Part shown: piece after piece, positions 53,509 to 64,000 of the stretch
How positions within the stretch are numbered: the stretch's first letter is position 1
Layout of the letters: each line of letters begins with the position of its first letter
Virus record (IMG/VR): IMGVR_UViG_3300035698_022190
Location: 1 to 64,000 of that record
Direction: 5' to 3' (one strand)
DNA length: 64,000 nucleotides
Position numbers and translations under genes: made by a program
Notes under the pieces: model-generated
What the model saw: only the letters and a program-made list of their open reading frames with translations
The model's database searches: none
What the model was told of the DNA's origin: nothing

Positions 53509-55563
53509 ATGGCTAACGAATCAGGTCGTATAAAAGTACCATCAGGAACTAAACAAAACTTAGAAACGGTTTTTGATGATCTCCAATCCTATGCAGCCGA
53601 AAACTTAGAGCGACGTATACTAAAAATCTTTGATACTTTTGGCCCCGTAGTCTCCGTAAATGCTGGAATAGTTACCGGCACAGATTTACAATTAAGTAAA
53701 GGATCCGGTTTAAATATAACAGTTGCAGCCGGAGAAGCGCTTTTAACAGATGGAACTTTAATTCGTCTAGATTCTGGAGGGGCGGAAACATTAACAAGTG
53801 TCTCAGCTGCAACAGAATATGTAATTACTTTAAAATACGCTGAAGCAGGAGAGACTCCTATAACTGCACAAAATGCCTTCTTATATGACACTACCGGTGC
53901 AACTTTATATTCCACAAAATATACACGCTATACAGATAGTTACTCAATAGAACATACTGAAGTAGCAGATTTTGCAGCAATTGCCACGCACATAGCTTCA
54001 AATCCGGATGAAGTTCCAGTTGGTATTGTAAAAACTAATGTCGGGGGAGATGGTTTTGAGACTGTCTTTACATTTGATACAAAAGCAGCTGTTAGTGGTG
54101 TGGTTGAGGCACGACATATATACTCTTTAAAAATTAATCCAGAAGTTATAGATGATGCCGATATTGTATTTACAGATAGAGATTCAGATATTGATGGTGA
54201 CGTAACAGTAAATGCTTTAACAGCTGACTCCGCCTCAATAACAGGGGCATTGGCAGCAGGAAGTATTTCATCTGCAAGTGTGCATGGAACAGCATTAACT
54301 GGAAATACAGCAACTGTATCCGGGCTAGGAAATTTTGGAAGCTTACAAGTGGGTGGAGTAAGTGTTCAATTAGACGAAGGAACCCCAACCGTTCCTGCTA
54401 ACTTAAGAATTTGAGATATCTGACCAACAGATAATCCTTCAGAACCTTGCGGAAATATATGGTTTCGCTGAAATTACGATGAGTTACTTACAGGAGGAAC
54501 TGCTGTATATGGTGGAGTATCTACCATTGTAAAAATTTCTGTACTAACTGGAGATGATGAAGCTTTTAGTCCGACTTCTGATGATGTAGTGGGAAAATAT
54601 TTAAAATTTGCAACAAACTCTTATCCCATCACGGCAAAAGGAACAGCTACGGATGTCTATGTACCAATTACGGTAACCGGAGATGCGTCTGGCGAAAGTT
54701 GGGTAACTCGTCCTAAAATAATTGATAACAATGTAGATGGCTATTATATAACTATCGCCCGAAATCCAGATAGTGCCTATAAATTAGTTTCTAACTTGGA
54801 TTCTTCTTTTGTTACCGCGCCTGAATTTAAAACTAAGCTAGACTTGGGCCAACAATATAATGTTAGTATTAAAACTTATAATGACACTGCGAAGTCAGCA
54901 GACTCTGATTTAATAACAGGAACTTTTGACCCTGATCAAGGAGGTACTGATCAAGCTGATGTTTCATTCGCTAACCCATTTACAATGCAACTTCCTGATA
55001 TATATGATGATGGTAGTTTAAATATTAGTACCACTGCAAACGGAGTAGTATTAACCGTTGGTGGATGAAATAGGGGCGGACAGCAAGATGTACATGAATA
55101 TGAATATGTATATAAAACCGGATTGACAGAATCTTTGTCAGCTTTAGCGGATGTGGGCCGAAACTACACCCATGTTATATCCCCTTCACCTACACACAGT
55201 ATAGTTGCGAATGAAGCAACAACCTTTTCATGTGGTGTTAGAGGGCTTCAAAATAAACAAGTTGTAACTGAAGATGTTTTTACAGAATCTACCGCAGGTG
55301 GTTTTGCAGGAGAACCTGTACAAGATAAAGTATTACTACAAAAAGTAAATGCCGAAGTTAAAGTAAGGCGAGGCACAATAGGAGGGCCAGGGGCAACATC
55401 TGGCTCTAGTGATGAATGAACCGCAGTTGTTGAGGATCCCGTTAATCCATTATTGTTTGTTTCTGTCGGGGACGGTTTTTTAGAAGGTGAATATTTAAAT
55501 ATTAATGGTGAAGATTCACGAGATTATAAAATTACTAGACAAAGCTTAAATATTACTGAATAA
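53509..55563 (+). CDS. Tail fibre/baseplate attachment protein (684 aa, 5 TGA=Trp)
   Basis: LNITVAAGEAL..DG fibre N-terminal motif; the 53509, 54589 and 55123 ORFs are in frame to TAA 55561. Confidence 0.65.
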
Positions 55564-55569
55564 TAAAAA

Positions 55570-56121
55570 ATGGCTATTACACATCCAATGACTCTAGATG
55601 GATCATCTTCTTTTCAGCCGGGCGAAGATAAGCCCTTTACAATAGGAATGAGACAACCTGGTAGGGTTATAATGAAAAAGCAGTTAGACAGAGACTACAC
55701 TTTAACAAGGCTAGATTTTGAATTAAAAGCTGGGAAGTTTATAACTGATTTAATTCCAGCGGTTATTAGGATATATCAAAAAGACCATGAAACAGATGCA
55801 GCATATTTAATTTTACCAAGTGGCGTACAGCGAACTTATGTATCTGGTGCAGATCCAGATAGTGTAGTTCATGATGATACTTTAAATCAATACTCTCTTA
55901 CCTTAAGTTTAGAAATTACATCTAAAGAAGCCACTCGTGAGGTCATTGTGGATGCTTTCTGCCCTTTAACGTGATCTGGTTGAACTGCCAATGGAGGAAG
56001 CTATGGAGTTTTTGGCCCTGATCATGACGATGGGCCACTAGTAGGATTGCACATAAATTCACAACCCATTAAAGGAGATTTACAAATTTTCGGTAGACCT
56101 TTACACGATATACCAACTTAA
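55570..56121 (+). CDS. Virion protein, paralogue A (183 aa, 2 TGA=Trp)
   Basis: Aligns with the next gene (KPFTIGM, LTRLDFE, VIVDA, HINSQP..G.LQIFGR) once TGAs are read through. Confidence 0.7.
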
Positions 56122-56142
56122 ATTTATTTATAGGAAAAAACA

Positions 56143-56622
56143 ATGGCATTAAATATTGAACATCGAATTAATTTAGGCGGATCTGAAAGCTATGTGCCTA
56201 CTACAGAAAAACCATTCTCAATAGGTATGACACAGCGTGGTCGCCGAATTATGCATAAAACTTTTGAGCAGGACCAAGTGTTAACTAGAATAGACTTTGA
56301 GGTTATGAGTGGTAAATTTTTATCGGCCGCTACACCTGCAGTTCTGCGTGTATATCAATCTGGCACCGCAACCGATGCAAGATACTTGGCATTAACAGGA
56401 ACTGGGTCTTTTTCAACAGAAATTACTCTAAATATTGTTGATCGTGGGTATAATCGCACAGTAATAGTTGATGCTTGGGCGCCGGTTTCATGGCCAGGCT
56501 GGGGATCAGAATATACTCAAATAGATGCGTCAACACAAGCTGTGGGTGGACATATAAATGCACAACCTTTCACAGGACATCTACAAGTATTTGGTAGAGC
56601 GCTGACTTCAACCGTTTCATAA
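56143..56622 (+). CDS. Virion protein, paralogue B (159 aa)
   Basis: KPFSIGM, LTRIDFE, VIVDA and HINAQPFTGHLQVFGR shared with the upstream paralogue. Confidence 0.7.
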   Translation: MALNIEHRINLGGSESYVPTTEKPFSIGMTQRGRRIMHKTFEQDQVLTRIDFEVMSGKFLSAATPAVLRVYQSGTATDARYLALTGTGSFSTEITLNIVDRGYNRTVIVDAWAPVSWPGWGSEYTQIDASTQAVGGHINAQPFTGHLQVFGRALTSTVS

Positions 56623-56631
56623 TTTTAATCT

Positions 56632-59600
56632 ATGGCAACTTATAAAGGCAGATTAGATCCCGAAAAGACAAAAGCTTATCGAGGAATATTAACTTACATC
56701 TTTGACATTAATGGTCATCGTGTAGGTGTAGATGCAACTGATGACTATGGTATATATGAGTTCTCAGGACTTGAAACGGGTTGACATCGTATTACCTTCT
56801 TAGGGGGCAATTATGATGAAAAGGATACCATCGATGTTTTTGTAACTTCTACTCCCGGAGATCCAGATTCTGTTGGTCGCTTTAGTGGAACTCCCACCTT
56901 AGAAGTATATGAGGAAGGTTATACTTATACAAGTGGAAATAATATTGATTCAGCGGAATCCTATGCTCGTGTTAATATATCAAACCTAGCTCTGTCTCAA
57001 GGTACTTTATCCGATGTAGTTTTACATTACCGTGATAGTAACCAATCCCTCCCAAGTTTAGAAGGTCTGACTATTGCTTGTGTTGGAGATAGTATTACTG
57101 TAGGTATGGATCCTGCACAAGAAGCAGACGAAGATTATCCTTCCCAATTAGAAGCTTTAATATCTGGTGGCACTACTGTCAGTAATTATGGCGTCTCTGC
57201 CAAAACAATGACTACAACCTTATCAGGTATCTCTTATAGAGAAACCGATAGCTACACAAATGCTTTAGCTGCAGAAGCTGATGTGTATATTGTTGGGCTT
57301 GGAATGGGTGATGCTAATCATTGATCTGAGGTTAGCGCGGATTTTTTAACTGACACAATTTCCTTATATGAATCTCTAAAAACTCCAACAAACGTTGTTT
57401 TATTTAATAAATTAACTCCTTCTTTTTACACGGGTATTACTAATACCACTATAGGGTATGCAAACAGTTTCTTAGCTAATGCAATGGCTTCTGTAGGAGC
57501 TCCCGCCCCTATAGATTTACACAGTGATATGATGGAGCATGAAGACGATTGATTTATTCCTGGTGATATACTACATCCAAATGTTGCGGGCAACACTTTT
57601 ATGGCCGGAAAAGTATATGAAAAATTAGAAAGTCTTGTTGTTTTAGATCGTCCTGCTGTCTCTGGATTAGGAACACCTGCGACTATTTCTGGTTGGACTG
57701 AATGATTTACAATGGCCTATAGCACAAATTCAGACGATGTAGAATCTAACGGGGATATAATAGTATCAAAATCTTTAACACTACCAACAATTCCCTTTAA
57801 TTCTGATTTTAGGGCAACCTTTATAGATGACACAGGGAGCTGAATTGAGGATGAAGATACCGATGAAATAGTACATGCGTACGACTATGATGTAACCTTT
57901 GGTCAAGTATTAGACAATACTCCTCCCGAAATTGATTCTGATAAATTCTATATAGACGCTGATAATAATCCAGATACGCCTGCTATTAGAAGCATCAACA
58001 CATCAACTGGATTTTTAATTAGTAAGCAAGGGGCAATAACGGATTCAATTTCAGAGGTCACGAAAATTTTTGCTCAACCCGCTTTATTTAGCTATAGCAC
58101 GGTAATCACTTCTACAAATGAGGGAAATACTTCTTGAAATGATTCTGATTTAGTTGATTGAAATGTAGGAGATTTAGCAGGATATTATATTCTTGATAAA
58201 AATTATGAGACATGAAAAATTATTAGTTTTGCATCTGGAGCAGGAACCATTACTGTTGCGGGAACTGGCGTAGTAATAAATAGTTTCTATGCTATTATTA
58301 AATGACTTGGAACAGACCATGATCTAATTAGCTCCTTATGAGATTATGAATGAACTTATAATGATGGTGGTGGATACCCGATTGCTTTTAGCGGACCTGA
58401 CATACTATCAAGACCTACTGAATGATTAAAACCAGGATTTGCTACTTCAAAATATGGTTTTATAGTTACTGGGGCGGATAAACATAAGAATATCGTAACT
58501 AGTTTTGCAGATATGGCGATGCCCGACATTAAAGTGGGGAATCCTGCTTTCGGCGGCACCACCGAAATGAAATGATATTTTTGGGATGGAAGCGAAATCG
58601 CTAGGCCCAACTCTTACGATCCAGTATATGGGTGGTACAATGACGCCGATTTATATTTACGATTAGAGGCCCGAGTGGGTTATGAGTTGGCTCATGCTGC
58701 ATATCAAATTTCTGAAGCTGATGGAAGTTGGGACCCCGATGTGTTCTACCCTGTGGCCGCGATAGATGGATATTGTGACATACCATTATTTGAAGGTGTT
58801 AGGACTATTCAATTTACTTATGCGTTGACCGGGGTAAATGGTGTTGATGAGCATTTAACGTGATATACAAAACCGTACCAATGGGACAAAACAGCTCCAG
58901 AATGGAGTCCTACTGGAAAATCGTTATCAGCCGGATTTAATGAATTACTGGTTTCTTGGACTGGGGATCCGCCTTCAGACCCTGAGCCAAGTGTTGGAGG
59001 AAGCGGGGAAGCTAGTGGTCACAAAGGTTTTAGGGTATACTATGGTCCCGGTGGTTTTGAAGGTACTACCATTCTGGATTATGGAAGCTCCACTACATCA
59101 TTGACTATCCCGGCAAATTATAATACACCCACATGTGTCTGGGTAGCTGCAAGGGATCACGCAGATAATTTTGGAACACCCGAAGAATTTGGATGTGCTA
59201 CGGCAGCCCCAATTGTACGTGCAGATGTAGATGGGGCTCTTAGAATATTTTCTTCAAGTTATCCTTTAATATCAGGACAAGATGCCCATGTTTGGCAAGA
59301 TAGGTACGGTATAGCTGTTCCTATAGAAAGTTGTTCTATTACAATGCCAGCCGGATTAACAGGGGCACCAGAATTGTTAAGTATCCAGTATGCTGCAAAA
59401 GCTGATGCACTAGACCCAGTTATTAGTGGGCTGGGCTGAACAGATGTTACTGATGACAACATGACAGATGGAACAGGAAATCCTGGCGACGTAATGCATT
59501 TTGATGTGGACCGGGGGGAAGATGTTGAAAAACATTTAACAGGAACTACTGGTTTTTCTTTCGAAACAGGAGCTGTTGCAAGGGTATATACTTTCCGATT

Positions 59601-62600
59601 CGATCCTGTACAAGACAAATATTTCTGAAGAGCGGTCTTTAAGCCAGGACAAGTTTTAGTTGATGTAGGTACTAGCACAGGAATTTCAACAGAATTGAGT
59701 GAAGTTTATGATGTGCATTTTAATAGTATTCTCGCAGCAGATTTAATTGTTGGTGGAGTATTACGTTTGGAAACAGGCCTATCTATATGAGGCAAGACCG
59801 GTGAAGTAGGGATGACTATATCTCAAGATGGTTTATCTTTTTATGACCATTTAGATTCTTCGGCTGGAACTGCCGGTCCCGGCGCAACAAAAACAGTTGA
59901 TATTGATGGAAATACGGGAGATTTTGTTTTCGGAAAAGATTACGGAGCTTACGAAGACCAATCTTATTTGAAATGGGTTGATGGGGCTGTTGAATTACGT
60001 GGTAATTTACGACTATTAAATGGCTCGGAAATAATAAGCCCTATTAACTATGTAGGGGCCTGGAGCGCTACATATACTGCAGATAACGGTATCAATTATT
60101 TAGTAAATGATGCAGTTTCTTTTTGAGACTCAGAGACAGAAATAACAAATCAATATATTTGTATTGAAGAGCATGAATCAGCTTTGCTAAAAGATCCTTC
60201 TAATGCAACATATTGAGAACAATTAACTGGATCTACACCTGTATTCTCTTATTTTATAAAACCAGAGGGTGGAACTGCAATTAAGAATGGTATAGGAACT
60301 CTTCCTTTAGTTGCCACACAACATGGAGCTTTAGGCCAGTTTCCTATAGAACCCGATCACAACCCGTTAGCATTACAGCTTTATACAGATGATGATGAGA
60401 GTCATGGTACGGAGTGGACGGTAAGTGGGATAGATATAGATAATAGTTTAGTAGTATACTTAGCAGATGCTATCATTTCAGCGCCCGGTGCTACTATTTA
60501 TGACACCATAACTCTTTCAGATATTTTAGATGGGGATGACCCTACACAGGGGTCTATCATAACAAATAATGGTCTTGCTTTTACAAAAGGATTAGATCAC
60601 GAATGGGTGCCCGCGGCTGCTTCTACAAATTTAGCTTCTGTATTTTATAGAGCAGGGGTTCAAATTGACACATACTTAAGAACCGTGACACTGACTGAAG
60701 GGGACGGAACATTAGATGCCGTCGAAGGTACCAGCTCTAGTGGTTTTATTACAATGACTAAAGAGAATGGCGGAACTTCTACCATAACTTTAACATTTAC
60801 ATATAATGATGGTGTGCATAGTCCGGTTTCTGTTTCTGAGAATGTAATATCTGTTCAAGCTGGAGAAGATGCCCAATCAATGAGTATAACTGCCGAAAGA
60901 CAAGTTTTTACTTACCATACTGACGATCAGTTATATACAATTGGTACATCTATAATTACAGCGACAGCGCGTATTATAAATTTATTTGCCCCAATTCCAA
61001 CATTTTATTACACCTTTAAAAAAGGTGTAACTGTCCTTCAAGCAAGTTCAGTCGATAATACATATCAATATACAGCACAGGCAGATTATGGAGACATGCC
61101 CGAAACGATAACTGTGGAAGCTGCATTGTCAGCGGGCGGGGAGGTAATGGTTACCGAAGAAATAGACATGTTTGGAGTAAAAAATGGCTCAGATGCGGTT
61201 ACAGTGGTACTTACTAATCCAACACATACTTTTGCTGTTTTCGGAAACGGTGATATTGAATATGCAGGATCGGGTACAGATATTCGGGTATTTCTTGGGG
61301 CATTAGCATTGGATTATGATGCGGCTTTATCGGTCGCCAATACATTTAAAGTTACTGTAACAGACGACACTGATATAACAGTTGATTCAAGTCCAACACC
61401 TGTTGGCGATTATACTATTCGATATGGGCCTGCTAGTGGTTTTAATACCAATGCTGATACTGCTTCCATCACTTTTGAAATAACTATTTCAGATGAAAAT
61501 AAATATCAAAGAGGCCCATTCACACAAATACAAACATTTGCACCTGCCAGAGAAGTAACTTATAAATACTTTTTGAAGCCACTTAATGGTACGGCCATAA
61601 AAAATGGTACTGACACATTAGACGTTCAAGCTTTTCGTGTGACTCCGAGTGGGGAAGAAGAGCTTGAAGCAGGAAACCCCGAAGGCTTAGCTTTATATGC
61701 ATCGGATAGTGATACACCGCACGCAGAGGGCTCTCCTAGTGTAATTAAATGGACTGGCATCGACGATACCGACATTAATGGTAATATAGACCTATGGCTA
61801 GCTGATGGCGTACCATCCAGCGTTCCTACGAAATATGATACAATTACATTGGTGGATATCACTGACGGGGATGATGCTACAACAGGTTTTATCGAAGGTC
61901 TTCCATTAGCTTACTCACAGGAACCAAATGGTGGTGATTGGTCAAATGCTGGGCCAACAACTTTAACGGCTTATTTCTATAGATCCGGAGTAGAGCTACA
62001 AACCATGATTAAAAGTGTTGTTTTAAATCAGGGTGACGGAACTTTGTCTGCAACTGGGGGCACTGTTGGTTATATTACTTGTATAGTCCATAATAATGCT
62101 TCAACAGCTATTACGCTAGAATTTCAATTTGATGATAGTATTGGAAACCCAGTTACTGTCGCAGAAACAGTTTCAACTGTTGTTGGGGGAACTGACGGAT
62201 CTTCGGGATCTTCTGGCTCAAGTGGGTTGGCTGGAGCAGAGGGTGCAGAAGGAGCTGCAGGCGTGGACGCAAGGACAGTATCTTTAACAACAGACAAGCA
62301 AGCTTTTGAATATTTAACAAGTAATGTACTAACTGGGACTACTACATGTACATTGACTGCAACTGCATTAAATACTACAGGAACAGTCTACTATCAATTT
62401 TATAAAACACCAAAGGGCGGTGCCGCCAGCTCAGTTCAAAATTCAGCAAGCGCTACATATATATATACAGCTAATAGTTGGTACCCTGATATGCCCGAAA
62501 CAATGGAAGTACAAATACGCGAGGGTGCGGTTACTGGACCAATATTAGCGCGTGATTCAATGACTATGATGGCCATTAAACCGGGTACAGATGGCGACGA

Positions 62601-63999
62601 TGGTCTAGATGGTACAACTGTTTTAGTAACTAACGAAGCCCATTCTTTACCGACGACTAGCGCAGGCGCAGTAACTTATACAGGTTCCAGTACTTATATT
62701 AAAGTTTGAATAGGAACTACTGCAATCCCAGTTGATCTTGTATCTAGCTATGCTTCCCCATCATTTAGAGTTACTGCAGCAGGTACAGGTATTACAGCGG
62801 GAGGAATCTGACAGGATAGCACTTATGTTGTTGGTGTTGGTAATGCAAGTGCGGTAACCACAAACCCAGCCACAGTAAATTTAACTATAACAGTAAAAGA
62901 TGCAGCAGGCACAGAAATTGTATATACCAAAATTCAGTCCCTTTCTCAATCTATTGAGGGTGATACGGGCGGAGCAGGAACTGCGGGCGATCCAGGTACT
63001 AGAGGGTCCTTACATTTTGAGGGCAACACTACAGAGATTTTGTGAACAAACGCCGCAGCAGAAGTAGTTATTGCTGATGCTATTGACGATGGTATTATTA
63101 CCGCAAAACAGAATCTAGATTCAGTTACTTTAAAAAATTCTGGTGTTGGGAGTTGAGACGGTTTTTGGGACACTACACAAAGTCCGGACGATTGAACTGT
63201 AGTTGAATACTATATGAATGGAAGTTTACTTGTGCAAGGAACTGTAACTGCCGCAGCACTAAACGCTGATAGTATTTTTTCAAAAGATTATACTCTAGGT
63301 ACTAATGGCTCTATTAAAACCAGCGGACGCGCTTATGGTGCAGCTTCAGCTGGTATATATTTAGGTAATGCTAGTAGTACGAGTAAATTAGATGTAACAA
63401 GTGCGAGTGGTACAAATTACATGCGCTGAGATGGGGCAAAATTTTCAGTTTATGGCGACGGTATGTGAATAATTGATTCATCGTCGGGACTAGTTGATGG
63501 TCCCATGTTAACTAGACATGTAGGAGATAGTCAAGGAGAGATCTTTACAAGCACTTCTACATCTTATGCTAAAAAAATGCAAGGTTCCTGTATATTAAAT
63601 TCTTTAGATACTAAAATTACTTGCGCTTATAGAGGATATAATTTAACTAATGATGCTGAAGGAAGGGTATGATTTAAAGTTTACTCTATTAACAACACCG
63701 TAACAGGATATAATACTGAGGTTGCAGCTGAAAGTGGTTGATTTGGAAACGGGGAAAGCACTACTAGCTGTTTTGTTGGAAATACACCAATTACTTTAGC
63801 TAGCGGAGAACAAGAATATATTAAATTTATAAAACCTGGAGATCTAGTACTTGGAAAGGATAATCAAATTAATGAAGTACAATCTATTCTAACCCCTACC
63901 CTTGGAACACAAACCTTATATAGAATAAATAAAAGTTTTCCTTTTGTAACAGGAGGACACCCATTTTGAACACAAAACGGCTGAAAAGTTATTGATCTA
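56632..63999 (+). CDS. Giant multidomain tail fibre/adhesin (>2450 aa, about 30 TGA=Trp, 3'-partial) with SGNH esterase, FN3/Ig-like repeats and a Hint domain
   Basis: Frame 1 has no TAA/TAG from ATG 56632 to the window end. GDSIT..YP..NYGVS..DILHPN near 57070-57600; CFVGNT Hint start at 63769. Confidence 0.8.
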
Positions 64000-64000
64000 G

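Noticed and set aside
37393-64000. Fragmented tail genes as pseudogenes, a decayed prophage or sequencing errors
   Set aside because: All breaks are in-frame TGA, with no frameshifts and no internal TAA/TAG; gene coupling is restored by read-through.
1199-64000. TGA as Gly (code 25) or selenocysteine
   Set aside because: TGA aligns with TGG/Trp in repeat copies, paralogues and the Hint motif, and is far too frequent for Sec.
1-64000. Opal suppressor tRNA or release factor gene
   Set aside because: No tRNA cloverleaf or GGQ release-factor ORF recognised, and intergenic gaps are short. It would have to lie outside this window; a tRNAscan run is needed to be sure.

Overview
A 64-kb segment of a large, AT-rich, contractile-tailed (myovirus-type) bacteriophage with three blocks. 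(1) 1-7759 (+): fibre, Thr-rich repeat proteins, tail sheath and tail tube. (2) 7808-36374 (-): replication, nucleotide metabolism and accessory genes. These include family A DNA polymerase split by a group I intron, an RpoD-like sigma factor, class II RNR, dUTPase, RecU, primase-helicase, SF2 helicase, peptide deformylase, a 9-gene glycan synthesis/tailoring cluster, and an E1(ThiF)/JAB/GG-ending ubiquitin-like module. (3) 36533-64000 (+): tail chaperone with a -1 frameshift, tape measure, baseplate genes, a second sigma factor and a >2400-aa adhesin with SGNH-esterase and Hint domains. The supplied ORF track is fragmented because the phage reads TGA as Trp: I count about 80 in-frame TGAs in virion genes plus one in a hidden holin. 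The replication block otherwise uses TGA neither as sense nor as stop, so it reads the same in both codes. Best novelty candidates: the phage-encoded ubiquitin-like module, stage-restricted TGA recoding that includes the holin, and a possible virion-glycosylation system. All calls are from motif recognition by eye; no searches were run.
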